Counted from the first letter of the stretch, positions 10,151-19,930 are shown. The stretch is DNA of 47,801 nt from Anaerolineaceae bacterium (GCA_035403345.1 DAONEZ010000001.1:1-47801); one strand, 5' to 3'. Program-made: numbers and translations. Notes: generated by a model from the letters alone, not told the origin.

Positions 10151-10618
10151 TTACCCGATCTGCTCGACCAGGTAGTTCTGGATGCCCATTTGCTCGATCT
10201 GGTCCAACTGGGTTTCGATCCAGTCGATATGTGCTTCCTCGTCAGCCAGTATGTCTTCCAGCATCTCGCGCGAACCGTTATCAGCTTCTTCGGTGCACAG
10301 CTTGATCGCGCTATTGTAGGCCGCAATGGCACCCTCTTCAGCGGCATGGTCGCTGGTCAGCATGCCCTCCACTTTTGGGGCGATGTGCATCTTGTTCAGG
10401 TTGCTTACGACCGGCAGCCCTTCCAGGAACAGGATGCGCCCGATGTGCTTTTCAGCATGTTTCATCTCGTCGATGGCGCGCTTCTCGATCTTTTCAGCCA
10501 GTTCGTTGTAACCCCAATCGGCGCACATTTCAGCATGCACCATGTACTGGCTGACAGCGGTGAGCTCATCCGCCAGCAGGAAATTGAGCATGTCGATCAC
10601 TTTTTGAGAGCCTTTCAT
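10151..10618 (-). CDS. bfr: bacterioferritin
   Basis: Track ORF trimmed to ATG 10618 ([31 protein letters not shown]...) with AAGGAGG RBS. About 155 aa. Ferroxidase ligand pattern E..EMKH..E..H and EEAHIDW. Confidence 0.9.
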   Translation of the reverse strand: MKGSQKVIDMLNFLLADELTAVSQYMVHAEMCADWGYNELAEKIEKRAIDEMKHAEKHIGRILFLEGLPVVSNLNKMHIAPKVEGMLTSDHAAEEGAIAAYNSAIKLCTEEADNGSREMLEDILADEEAHIDWIETQLDQIEQMGIQNYLVEQIG

Positions 10619-10723
10619 TGAAACCTCCTTAATCTTTAACACCAGTATACCGATTTTTCGGCAAAAGGGCAAAAGAAAATGGCACCCATTCCAACCGGTG
10701 CCATCCACTTTGTGTGAATCCAG

Positions 10724-11650
10724 TTATTGTCTTCCGTGCGTCAGGCGCGGATCGAGCGCGTCGCGCAAGCCGTCGCCCAGCAGGTTGAAGCCCAGCACGG
10801 TGAGCATAATGGCGATGCCCGGGAAAATGACCAAGTGGGGCGCGCTGAAGATGCTGTTCTTTTCCTCGCCCAGCATCAGTCCCCACTCCGGTCGCGGCGG
10901 CTCGGCGCCCAGCCCCAGGAAGGATAGCGCGGCGGCGTCCAGGATGGCGGTGGCAATGCCCAGGGTGCCCTGCACAATGAGCGGGGTGATGGCATTGGGC
11001 AGGATGCGCTGGAACAGCAGGCGCATGGGCGATGCACCCAGGGCGCGCGCGGCCTGTACGTAGTCCAACTCCTTGACCGACAGCACGGTGGAGCGCACCA
11101 GCCTTGCAAAGCGCGGGATGGAGACGATGCCGATAGCCAGCAGGGCGTTGATCAGCCCCGTACCCAGCACCGAAACGATGGCGATGGCCAGCAGCAGGCT
11201 GGGGAACGCCATCAGCACGTCCATCAGGCGCATCAGGATGTTATCCACCGCCCCTCCGGCATATGCGGCAATCGCTCCAATCAGCGTGCCGATCAGGATG
11301 GCAAACACCATGGTCGCCAGGCCAATTTGCAGCGACAGGCGCGAACCATAAATGACGCGCGAGAACAGGTCACGGCTGTTGCCGTCAATGCCGAACAAAT
11401 GCTGCTGCTCCTCTTTCGGGCAGCCCAGCAGGTGTACACAGGGGGTATCCCGCCGCTTCTGGTCCTTGAGCAGTTGCGTGGGGTCATAAGGCGCGATCAC
11501 CGGCGCGAAGATGGCGATGAGCACCAGCAAGCCCAGGATGATGATGCCGGCTTTGCCGGAACTATGCCGCCAGAGGTGGCGCATAGCCTCCCGAAACGGT
11601 GAGCGGCGCTTACTGGTAAATTCTTTGGGGAATTCGGTCACGTTTTGCAT
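10724..11650 (-). CDS. ABC peptide/nickel-type transporter permease (DppC/OppC-like)
   Basis: Trimmed to ATG 11650 (GGGAGG RBS, 10 nt after the upstream stop). BPD_transp_1-type EAA loop region ARALGASPMRLLFQRILPN. Confidence 0.9.
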   Translation of the reverse strand: MQNVTEFPKEFTSKRRSPFREAMRHLWRHSSGKAGIIILGLLVLIAIFAPVIAPYDPTQLLKDQKRRDTPCVHLLGCPKEEQQHLFGIDGNSRDLFSRVIYGSRLSLQIGLATMVFAILIGTLIGAIAAYAGGAVDNILMRLMDVLMAFPSLLLAIAIVSVLGTGLINALLAIGIVSIPRFARLVRSTVLSVKELDYVQAARALGASPMRLLFQRILPNAITPLIVQGTLGIATAILDAAALSFLGLGAEPPRPEWGLMLGEEKNSIFSAPHLVIFPGIAIMLTVLGFNLLGDGLRDALDPRLTHGRQ

Positions 11651-11660
11651 GCTGCCTCCC

Positions 11661-12737
11661 CTAGTCCACGCGTATGCGCGGGTCAAGATACGCATACGAT
11701 AGGTCCACGATAAGATTGACGAATACGAAGATGAGGGCGATCACCAGGGTGAAGCCCTGCACAACCGGGTAATCACGTGCCAGGATGGCCGACACGAGTG
11801 CGGTGCCCATTCCCGGCAGGGTGAACACGGTCTCGGTAAGCACCGCGCCTGATAGCAGGCTGCCGGTCTCGATGCCAATAATGGTAACGATGGGGATCAT
11901 GGCGTTGCGCATGGCGTGTTTACGGATCACGCGGCTTTCCTGCATGCCCTTGGCACGCGCCGTGCGGATGTAATCCAGTCCCACCACTTCCAGCAGGCTG
12001 GAGCGCGTCATGCGCGCGATGATGGACATTGGTATGGTGCCCACGGCTACAGCCGGCAGGATCAGGTGCTTGAGTGAATCCCAGAACACCTTCCAGTCAC
12101 CGGTAATGATCACGTTCACCAGAACGGTATTGGACATCAGGTCAATAATAAACTTTTTGAATCCGGTCAGGTTGGTCAGACCCCAGACCTCATCCAGGTT
12201 CTGTAAGGCCACCCCAGCGGTGAAGCGCGCAGAGGGTGGTAGAACAAACGGCGTGCCTTTGAGCTCCAGGGCGAAGACATACGCCAGGAGCAAGCCCAGC
12301 CAGAAAACCGGCATGGACACACCGATATTGGCAATGATCATAGTGATAGTATCCAGGATGGTGTTGCGTTTGAGGGCGGAGATCACCCCCAGGAGCACAC
12401 CAACTGTGGTAGAGAACAGCATGGCGCTCATGGTCAATTCCATGGTCAGCGGCAGGCGTTCCGAAAGCAGGTCCATCACCGGACGGGTGAAGCGGATGGA
12501 ATCCCCCAAGTCTAATTTAGCCAGGTTGCCCAGGTAGCGCCCGAATTGTACGAAAATATTGTCATTCAAACCATAACGCTCCAGGAAGAGCGCACATTTC
12601 GCTGGAGTAGCGCGTTCCCCAAGCATGGTCACGCAAGGGTCACCCGGGATGAGGCGCACGATAATGAACGTCACCAGGATGACACCCAACAAGACAGGCA
12701 GTAATAATAAGATGCGGCGGCCAATGAATTGGGTCAT
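11661..12737 (-). CDS. ABC peptide/nickel-type transporter permease (DppB/OppB-like)
   Basis: 358 aa. Typical N-terminus MTQFIGRRILLLLPVLLGVILVTFIIVRLIPGDP. EAA region YIRTARAKGMQESRVIRKHAMRNA. Confidence 0.9.
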   Translation of the reverse strand: MTQFIGRRILLLLPVLLGVILVTFIIVRLIPGDPCVTMLGERATPAKCALFLERYGLNDNIFVQFGRYLGNLAKLDLGDSIRFTRPVMDLLSERLPLTMELTMSAMLFSTTVGVLLGVISALKRNTILDTITMIIANIGVSMPVFWLGLLLAYVFALELKGTPFVLPPSARFTAGVALQNLDEVWGLTNLTGFKKFIIDLMSNTVLVNVIITGDWKVFWDSLKHLILPAVAVGTIPMSIIARMTRSSLLEVVGLDYIRTARAKGMQESRVIRKHAMRNAMIPIVTIIGIETGSLLSGAVLTETVFTLPGMGTALVSAILARDYPVVQGFTLVIALIFVFVNLIVDLSYAYLDPRIRVD

Positions 12738-12808
12738 TTATCTTCTCTCAAGATCAATTATCCGGATGGGGTTGGGGATCCAACCCCATCCGTGATTTAG
12801 AACAGGTA

Positions 12809-14539
12809 TTACTCTACAGTGTAGCCTGCTTCGATGAGCAGTTCCTTGGCTTTTTCAGGATTGAACTCAAGCCAGGGGATGTTGGGGCTTGCGCCGGGGG
12901 TCACGAAGGCCGGCACGAAGCTATCGGAAACGGTTGAACCGATCGCATAGTACTGGTCAACGATCCTTTGGCGGTCGATCGCGTAGGCAATGGCCTGGCG
13001 GACCAACGGATTGTCGAACGGAGCAATGGTGTTGTTGAATCCGATGTAGAAGATGTTGAAGCCGAGGCGGGGATACAACTTGAGGTTGGCATCCGCTTCG
13101 ATCCCGGCGATGTCATCCGGACCCGGATTGTCAATGCCATTCACAGTGCCGGCCTGGAGTTCAAGCACGCGCTGTGCGGATTGTTCAGACCAGCGGAAGA
13201 TGAGCTTCTGGGTCTTGGCTTTCTCGCCCCAGTAGTTGGGGTTGGCTTCGTAAACAACGCTGTCGCCGCGATTCCATTCTTTCACGATGTAGGGACCGGT
13301 GCCATTGGGGGCATCGCTCATCCTAACGGAATCGCCGCTGTTGGCATCCAGGTAATCCTTATCCTGGATGGCGAACACGGAGAAGGCCACCTTGGAGGCG
13401 AAGGCAGGATCAGCATAGCACAGGGTGAATTTCACGGTTGAGGCATCCACCGCTTCGATGGATTTGAACTCGCCGCCGTACTCGCAATCCGGTGCGGTCA
13501 GGGAGAGCAGTCCACCGTTATCAACCAGGGTGGCGACACTGGATTCGGCATTGAGGAAGGAGCCAAAGAAAGCACCGAAGTACTCAAAGCTGCCGGTGCG
13601 GCCGACATGATTTGGGCTGGCGGCATCCCAGTAGGAGGCGAAAGTAGCCACTACATCGTTGACATCGAAGTCAGCGCCATTGTGGAACTTGACGCCCTGG
13701 CGGATCTTGAAGGTGTACTCTGTCAGGTCCGCATTGGGTGCATAGCTCTCAGCCAGGCTGGGAACAACATCTGTTCCGCCGATGCTGAAGCCAAGCAGCG
13801 CTTCGTAGACCTGCTCGCAAGCGCGCAAGGTCTCGCCATCGGTCTCGTCAGAGCACCACAGGGCAGCAGGCTCGCCGTTCTGCATCCAGACGAACTGGTC
13901 GGTGCCGTTGCTCATCACGCTGAAGTTCTCATTGCCCAGCGGGCTTGAGTGAGCACCTTCCACGTTGGCCTGGTAAACGGTTGAGGAACCACCGTTGGCT
14001 ACCGGGATCATCATGAGGTAGTCTTTGAGCATCTGGTTGACGGTGTCATAATGGCCCTGGCGTGCAGCCGGGTCGGAGAGTTTGGCGGCAGCATTGATCT
14101 CAGCCACCATGTCCTCATACAGATTGCCAAACTGCAGGTTGTTGGCGTTGGCGAAGTGGTAATCGTAGAAGTTGGTCGCATCGGGATAGTCAGCGTTCCA
14201 GCCCAACAGGTAGAAACCCTTCTCTCCGGCGGCGGTGGCGTCAATGAACGCAGCGGATTCCATTTCTTCCAGCGTTACATCGATGCCGACTTCCTTCAAT
14301 TGTGCCTGGATTTCCTGGGCAACTTTGTCAGGTGAAGGCAGGTAAGCGCGATCCACCACGCGGAAGGACAGGGTGATCTTCAGCGGGTTGGAGGCAACAG
14401 GCGCTTCGGTGGCTACCGGGGCTTCCGTAACAACGGGAGCTTCCGTGGCAACCGGGGCTTCGGTGGCTTTGGCGCAGGCCGTGAGTGCCATGGCTGCGAC
14501 CAAAACGATACTTAGAACGAACAATAGTCGACGTTTCAT
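12809..14539 (-). CDS. family-5 (peptide/nickel) ABC substrate-binding lipoprotein, apparently circularly permuted
   Basis: Trimmed to ATG 14539 (AAGGAGAA RBS). Signal peptide plus lipobox LTAC. 4x (A/V)TEAPV linker. Canonical C-terminal lobe segment (LKITLSF...GWNADYPDATNF...) comes before the canonical N-terminal segment (DQFVWMQNGEPAALW...GPYIVKEW...NPEKAKELLIEAGYTVE-stop). Confidence 0.85.
   Translation of the reverse strand: MKRRLLFVLSIVLVAAMALTACAKATEAPVATEAPVVTEAPVATEAPVASNPLKITLSFRVVDRAYLPSPDKVAQEIQAQLKEVGIDVTLEEMESAAFIDATAAGEKGFYLLGWNADYPDATNFYDYHFANANNLQFGNLYEDMVAEINAAAKLSDPAARQGHYDTVNQMLKDYLMMIPVANGGSSTVYQANVEGAHSSPLGNENFSVMSNGTDQFVWMQNGEPAALWCSDETDGETLRACEQVYEALLGFSIGGTDVVPSLAESYAPNADLTEYTFKIRQGVKFHNGADFDVNDVVATFASYWDAASPNHVGRTGSFEYFGAFFGSFLNAESSVATLVDNGGLLSLTAPDCEYGGEFKSIEAVDASTVKFTLCYADPAFASKVAFSVFAIQDKDYLDANSGDSVRMSDAPNGTGPYIVKEWNRGDSVVYEANPNYWGEKAKTQKLIFRWSEQSAQRVLELQAGTVNGIDNPGPDDIAGIEADANLKLYPRLGFNIFYIGFNNTIAPFDNPLVRQAIAYAIDRQRIVDQYYAIGSTVSDSFVPAFVTPGASPNIPWLEFNPEKAKELLIEAGYTVE
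14396..14467 (-). repeat. in-frame 18-nt tandem repeat (4x) encoding the (A/V)TEAPV linker
   Basis: ATEAPVATEAPVVTEAPVATEAPV directly after the lipobox Cys. Confidence 0.85.
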
Positions 14540-14680
14540 TTCTTTTCTCCTTGTTGATTGATTGGAACCGTCCGGGTTTCGCCTTTCGAAACCCATTTCT
14601 GCGAACTGATTTGCCTTAGTAATGTGACCACCTCCTTTGTACGAACAGGATCATCTACTCAACAATCGAACGTCTTTCGA

Positions 14681-15673
14681 TCAGGCTAACCAACAGGCAA
14701 CAGAATGCCCGGGAGTCTTCTCAATAAATGCGGGCTCCTCCACCGAACACTGCGCCACGGCAATGGGGCAGCGCGGGTGAAAGCGGCAGCCTTTGGGCGG
14801 GTTAACCGGGTTGGGCACGTCGCCCTTGAGGATGGTACGCTGGCGCTTGAGCCGCGGATCGGGGATGGGGATGGCGGACATGAGCGCGCGGGTGTAGGGG
14901 TGCAGCGGGTTGCGGAAGAGTTCATCGCGGTCGGTCAGCTCCACCATCTTACCCAGGTACATCACCGCCACGCGGTTGGAGATGTGCTCCACCACGCCCA
15001 GGTTGTGGGCAATGAAGAGATAGGTCAGGCCCAGGTCCTTCTGCAGGTCTTTGAGGATGTTGAGCACCTGCGACTGGATGGACACGTCCAGGGCGGAAAC
15101 GGGTTCGTCACAAACGATGAAACGCGGGTTCAATGCCAGTGCGCGCGCTATGCCGATGCGCTGGCGCTGACCGCCGGAGAATTCGTGCGGGTAGCGGCGG
15201 GCATGGTATTCCTCCAACCCCACCTTCTTGAGCATATCAATTACCATGCGGTAACGGTCCTTGCGGTTGCCCACGCTGTGGATATCCAGTCCTTCCATCA
15301 CCGAGTCGCCAATTTGGACGCGCGGGTCCAGCGAAGCATAGGGATCCTGGAAGATGATCTGCATGTCCTTACGTACGGCTTTGAGTTCCTTGCCGCTTAG
15401 CTTGAGCACGTCCTTGCCGTCAAATTGGACAGAACCAGCGGTGGGTTCCGTCAGGCGCAGCACGGTGCGTCCCACGGTGGTCTTACCGCAGCCGGACTCC
15501 CCTACCAGTCCCAGCGTTTCCCCATCGCGCACGGTGAAACTCACGTCATCCACCGCCTGGACGTGCGCAGAAACGCGCTGCAGGATGCCGGTGCGCACCT
15601 CGTAGTATTTCTTGAGGTTCTTAACGACCATCAAGTCTTTTTGGGTGTTCCTGGAGGAAGCTGATTCAATCAT
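14681..15673 (-). CDS. ABC transporter ATP-binding protein (OppF/DppF-like)
   Basis: Walker [10 protein letters not shown], signature FSGGQRQR, Walker [14 protein letters not shown]-terminal oligopeptide-type extension. Confidence 0.9.
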   Translation of the reverse strand: MIESASSRNTQKDLMVVKNLKKYYEVRTGILQRVSAHVQAVDDVSFTVRDGETLGLVGESGCGKTTVGRTVLRLTEPTAGSVQFDGKDVLKLSGKELKAVRKDMQIIFQDPYASLDPRVQIGDSVMEGLDIHSVGNRKDRYRMVIDMLKKVGLEEYHARRYPHEFSGGQRQRIGIARALALNPRFIVCDEPVSALDVSIQSQVLNILKDLQKDLGLTYLFIAHNLGVVEHISNRVAVMYLGKMVELTDRDELFRNPLHPYTRALMSAIPIPDPRLKRQRTILKGDVPNPVNPPKGCRFHPRCPIAVAQCSVEEPAFIEKTPGHSVACWLA

Positions 15674-15731
15674 GCTTTTGTCCTTTAAAATCCTTAGGCT
15701 GCATGTCTACATGCCGCATTTGGATAAGAAA

Positions 15732-16766
15732 TTAGACCTTTAGGGGAGCCTGGTGACCTTCGTAATCGGTGTAGAGCCAGCAGCGAACAGAGCGCGCGGA
15801 ACCGGCATCCACCAGTTGCGGCTCGTGCTTGTTGCAGATGTCCAACCCGTACTCCTGGCGCAGCTTGCAGCGCGGGGCAAAACGGCAGCCGGGCGGCAGG
15901 TCCACCAGGTTTGGCACCAGCCCGGGGATGACCTCCAGGCGGTCCACCACATTGCCAAGCACAGGGATGGAGCCGATCAGGCCCTGTGTGTAGGGGTGCA
16001 GCGGGCGCTCAAAGAGCTGCGCCACATCCGCGAATTCCACGATCTCGCCGGCGTACATCACCGCCACGCGGTCAGCCATCTCGGCGATGACGCCCAGGTC
16101 GTGCGTGATGAGGATGACAGCCGTGTTGGTTTTTGTGCGCAGCTCACGGATCAGGTCCAGGATCTGCGCCTGGATGGTGACATCCAGCGCTGTGGTGGGC
16201 TCGTCGGCGATCAACAGCGAAGGCGAGAGCGCCAGCGCCATGGCGATCATCACGCGCTGGGCCTGTCCACCGGACATCTCGTGCGGGTAAGCGAAGGCTT
16301 TTTGTTCAGGATTGGGGATGCCCACCTGGGTGAGCAGTTCAACGGCTTTCTTCCAGGCTTCCTTCTTTTTCATGCCCTTGTGCAGCATGAGCACCTCGGC
16401 CACCTGGTCGCCCACCCTGAAGACCGGGTTGAGGCTGGATTGCGGCTGCTGGAAGATCATGGAGATGCGGTCGCCGCGCATTTTGACCATCTCGGCATCT
16501 GAGAAATCGAGGATGTTCTTACCCTCGAAGAGGATCTCGCCACCGGTGATGCGCCCCGGAGGGCTGACCAGGCGCAGGATGGAGAAGGAGCTGACGCTCT
16601 TGCCGCAGCCAGACTCGCCTACCAGCCCGAGGACTTCGCCGCTCTTGACGGAAAAATCCACTCCGTCCACAGCTTTTACCACGCCGTCTTCGGTAAAGAA
16701 GTAGGTTTTCAGGTTACGAACTTCGAGCAGGGTCTTGCCTGGTTGTGCGGTCGTTCTGTCGCTCAT
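15732..16766 (-). CDS. ABC transporter ATP-binding protein (OppD/DppD-like)
   Basis: Walker [10 protein letters not shown], signature MSGGQAQR, Walker [13 protein letters not shown]. Confidence 0.9.
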   Translation of the reverse strand: MSDRTTAQPGKTLLEVRNLKTYFFTEDGVVKAVDGVDFSVKSGEVLGLVGESGCGKSVSSFSILRLVSPPGRITGGEILFEGKNILDFSDAEMVKMRGDRISMIFQQPQSSLNPVFRVGDQVAEVLMLHKGMKKKEAWKKAVELLTQVGIPNPEQKAFAYPHEMSGGQAQRVMIAMALALSPSLLIADEPTTALDVTIQAQILDLIRELRTKTNTAVILITHDLGVIAEMADRVAVMYAGEIVEFADVAQLFERPLHPYTQGLIGSIPVLGNVVDRLEVIPGLVPNLVDLPPGCRFAPRCKLRQEYGLDICNKHEPQLVDAGSARSVRCWLYTDYEGHQAPLKV

Positions 16767-17005
16767 CGTTCACTCCATCAATGCCAGTTGCGGTTTAGTG
16801 AAAACGGGCACATCTTGTGGTATTAACAAATTGACTCCCGCGGAGTCTCACCTGTTACAACCATTAATCTGTGCGCCGGACAAAGCCTATTGATTCAGAA
16901 CGTTAATATAATTGTTCGAGTATACAACTATTTCTGAAAAATACAATAGGTGAATTTCATATTACAGATATTTTAAGAAAAATACAAGGGGGAAAATATT
17001 GAACA

Positions 17006-17105
17006 GTGATTAGTAACCAGGGATTAGTGAATAGGGACTACCTGCTTAAGATATTAGGACTCCTGCGCCAAATCACTAATCACTATTCACCAATCACTAT
17101 ACACT
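17006..17105. repeat. imperfect inverted pair of AATCACT-type heptad tracts immediately upstream of the recombinase gene
   Basis: Left arm gtgattagtaaccagggattagtgaatag. Right arm has 5 tandem heptads: AATCACT AATCACT ATTCACC AATCACT ATACACT (17071..17105). GATTAGTGAATAG pairs with CTATTCACCAATC at 12 of 13 positions. Confidence 0.75.
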
Positions 17106-17128
17106 TCCTTCCGGTGTACAATCAAAAT

Positions 17129-18163
17129 ATGCCGCCTGACAAAGAGATCCAGCCCCTGCTGCCCGGAGACCTGGCGCGCCTGATCGGCGAGAGCGCCAAC
17201 CAGGCCGCCGCGCGCACGCGCTTCCAGGAGTACCGTTCGCGCCGCGCCGAGCACACGCTGCGACGGCAGGACGCTGACCTGGCGTTGTTCCACGAGTTCC
17301 TCGAGCTTGCCAACCTGCGCACGGGCGACCTGGCGCAGGACGCGGCTGCCTGGCGACCGGTGACCTGGGGCCTGGTGGAAGCATATGTGAAGTGGCAATT
17401 AAATGAAGGCTACGCGGTAAAAAGCATCAACGTACATCTTTCCACCATTAAAACCTATGCACGCCTGGCCATGCAGTCCGGCACGCTCATGCCGCAGGAA
17501 TACGCCCTGATCCACGCGGTGCAGGGCTACTCGTACCGCGAGCAGGTACGCATCGACCAAAAGCGCCCGGTGCAGCGCATCGGGCTGAAGAAATCCGCGC
17601 CTGTCAAGATCACCAGCGAACAGGCCGCGCAGCTCAAGACCCAGCCCGATACCCCCCAGGGACGGCGCGATGCCCTGCTGATGTGCCTGCTGCTGGAGCA
17701 TGGACTGCGCGTGGGCGAGGTGACGCGCCTGGACGTATCCAACGTGGACCTGGCCGAGCGCGCCTTGCGCTTCTTCCGCCCCAAGGTGAACAAGGAACAG
17801 GTGCACCACCTGACACGCGACACCCTAACCGCCATGACCGCCTACCGTGATTGCGGGGACATGCCCATCAGCGGGGCGCTGTTGCGGCGCAGTAAAAAGA
17901 ACGAAGAACTGGGCTCACCGGGCATGACAGAGCGCGCCGTGACGGCGCGCGTATGCCTGCTGGGCGAGCGCCTGGGCATCCTGGGGCTCAGCGCGCACGA
18001 CTGCCGCCACTTCTGGGCCACCTCCGCCGCGCGCGCCGGAACCGATCCTTTCGTGCTGCAGGAAGCCGGCGGCTGGTCCTCGCTGGCCATGCCGCGCCGC
18101 TACGTGGAAGATAACGAAGTGGCCAACGAGGGTCTCCGCCTGGAAAAACCAGCCCAGGACTGA
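17129..18163 (+). CDS. tyrosine recombinase / phage-integrase-family site-specific recombinase
   Basis: Trimmed to ATG 17129 (MPPDKEIQPLL...). N-terminal SAM-like domain. Catalytic signature GLRVGEV ... HDCRHFWAT ... GGWSS ... RRY. Confidence 0.85.
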   Translation: MPPDKEIQPLLPGDLARLIGESANQAAARTRFQEYRSRRAEHTLRRQDADLALFHEFLELANLRTGDLAQDAAAWRPVTWGLVEAYVKWQLNEGYAVKSINVHLSTIKTYARLAMQSGTLMPQEYALIHAVQGYSYREQVRIDQKRPVQRIGLKKSAPVKITSEQAAQLKTQPDTPQGRRDALLMCLLLEHGLRVGEVTRLDVSNVDLAERALRFFRPKVNKEQVHHLTRDTLTAMTAYRDCGDMPISGALLRRSKKNEELGSPGMTERAVTARVCLLGERLGILGLSAHDCRHFWATSAARAGTDPFVLQEAGGWSSLAMPRRYVEDNEVANEGLRLEKPAQD

Positions 18164-18202
18164 TCCCCACCCTTCTCCTCCTCACCTCAATTTTCTCACT
18201 CA

Positions 18203-18244
18203 AATAAGATAATATTGACAATTATTATCTTATTAATATATACT
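18203..18244 (+). promoter_or_regulatory. sigma70-like promoter (TTGACA-N18-TATACT) whose -35 is bracketed by an 11-bp inverted repeat
   Basis: AATAAGATAAT-attgacaatt-ATTATCTTATT, then TATACT at 18239..18244, about 40 nt upstream of the MscS start. Confidence 0.55.
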
Positions 18245-18284
18245 ATGCATGGCAATTGGCCTTTCTATGGTTTGGAGGTGTAAG

Positions 18285-19904
18285 ATGCTCGTTCTATTGG
18301 GGTTCAACATACCTTTGCCGCCCGCCTTGTCTTTCCTGGCAAGTAAACCTGCTACTTTCCTGCTCAACCTGGCAGCCTGGTTCCTCATCGCCCTGCTGGT
18401 CAATTTTGTGCTCCTGCGCCTGCTCAAGCGCCTCACACGCCGCATCCCCGGCGAACTGGAGGACATCATTCTTGGCATCGTCAGCACGCCCCTGGTGCTG
18501 CTGGTGCTCCTGGCGGGCATCCGGTCCTCGCTCCACATCCTCGCGCTTTCTGAAGCAGTGCTCAAATGGGAGCGCGTGGTCTTTCTCACCATCCTGGTGC
18601 TGGTTCTCTCGCACGTGCTGGGCCGGCTGATCAAGGAAGTGCTGGTCTTTTACGGGGAGCGCTGGGCGGCGCGCACGGAATCGCGCCTGGATGACGTGCT
18701 GGTACCCGTGCTCAACCTGTTCGGCCCGTTGGTGCTGGTCACCATCGCCGCGCTGATCATCCTGCCGTTGTGGGGAGTCAATGTCACCTCTGTGCTGCTC
18801 GGCGCGGGGGTGTTGGGATTGGTGCTGGGGCTGGCGCTGCAGGAGACCCTGGGCAACATCTTTTCCGGCATCACCATCCTGGTGGAAGCGCCCTTCAAAA
18901 AGCACGACCTCATCCTGCTGCCGGATGGCCGCACCTGCGAGGTGGTGCGCCTGGGCATCCGCTCCACAACCTTCTTTTCGCTGGACGAACAGGCTACCAT
19001 TTACATTCCCAACAAGGTGCTGGAAACCAACACCCTGGTGAACCTCACCAAGCCCACCGCCGAGCAGCGCTATTCCATCGACATCCACGTGCACGCCGGC
19101 AGCGACCTGGCCAGGTTACAGTCGAACATATTGGACATCGCCCGCGGTCACCCTGCTCTGCTGGCGTCGGACACCTCCAAAAAGCTGGAAGCCGTCGAGT
19201 GGCTGGGCAATGCGATCCGGTTGAGGGCGCAACGCCTGCCTGCGGGAGAACCTGCACGGCTGCGGCTTGAGGAAGAAGCGGCTAGGAACCGGAAATCAAT
19301 CGAAAAGCTAGCGCTGGATGGCATGTTCAATCAACACGTGTGCGAATTGCGCGCTTCCCTGGCCAGCCTGCGCACCGAGATCAGCAGCCGCGAGGACGGC
19401 GGTTTGAGCAGCGTGGAACGCCAGGAACTATTCTGCAACTTTATCTCGCCGGTCGAGAACGCTGTGGAGCGCTGCCTGCACGCCGCCCGGGCCTGGCTAG
19501 AGGCGGACGATCCCTGGGTGCAGCCCAACGAAGGCCGCGCCCAGGCACGACTGTGGCAGAAGCGCAACGAGCAACTGCAATTGCATTGGGAACGCCTCAA
19601 AAAAGCCCTGCTGGAGGTCAGCTCACAACGCGAACTGCGCCTGGATGAGAGCACCCTGGATATGCTGAAATGGATCAAGAAGGAGTACAAGATCCCGCCC
19701 AGTTACTGGAAGGACCCGGTGGTGTCTGTGAAAGAGTTGAGCGCTGACAGCGCGCTGCTGCAGCTTTCGTATTACGTGGACAACATCCGCCTGGAACACG
19801 ACGGGCGCCCGCGGCGCGTGCGCGACGAGTTATCGCGCATGATCCACGAACTGCTGCAGGAACCCGCCCGGGAGCAAACGCCCGACCTGCTGATATCAAG
19901 GTAA
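18285..19904 (+). CDS. mechanosensitive ion channel family protein (MscS-like) with long C-terminal helical extension
   Basis: Start ATG 18285 follows GGAGGTGTAAG. TM helices followed by the MscS core LGNIFSGITILVEAPFKKHDLILLPDGRTCEVVRLGIRSTTF. Confidence 0.85.
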   Translation: MLVLLGFNIPLPPALSFLASKPATFLLNLAAWFLIALLVNFVLLRLLKRLTRRIPGELEDIILGIVSTPLVLLVLLAGIRSSLHILALSEAVLKWERVVFLTILVLVLSHVLGRLIKEVLVFYGERWAARTESRLDDVLVPVLNLFGPLVLVTIAALIILPLWGVNVTSVLLGAGVLGLVLGLALQETLGNIFSGITILVEAPFKKHDLILLPDGRTCEVVRLGIRSTTFFSLDEQATIYIPNKVLETNTLVNLTKPTAEQRYSIDIHVHAGSDLARLQSNILDIARGHPALLASDTSKKLEAVEWLGNAIRLRAQRLPAGEPARLRLEEEAARNRKSIEKLALDGMFNQHVCELRASLASLRTEISSREDGGLSSVERQELFCNFISPVENAVERCLHAARAWLEADDPWVQPNEGRAQARLWQKRNEQLQLHWERLKKALLEVSSQRELRLDESTLDMLKWIKKEYKIPPSYWKDPVVSVKELSADSALLQLSYYVDNIRLEHDGRPRRVRDELSRMIHELLQEPAREQTPDLLISR

Positions 19905-19930
19905 AATTAGGTCACTGCAGGAAAGGCTGT

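Noticed and set aside
14396-14467. 18-nt tandem repeat as a non-coding VNTR or regulatory repeat
   Set aside because: It is in frame inside the SBP gene and encodes a Thr/Glu/Ala/Pro tether directly after the lipobox Cys. That is a common lipoprotein linker.
17129-18163. Integron, prophage or integrative-element call based on the integrase
   Set aside because: There is no attC-like cassette array in the expected geometry, no phage or conjugation genes, no flanking tRNA, and no direct repeats I could identify. It is kept as an orphan recombinase with a hypothesis only.
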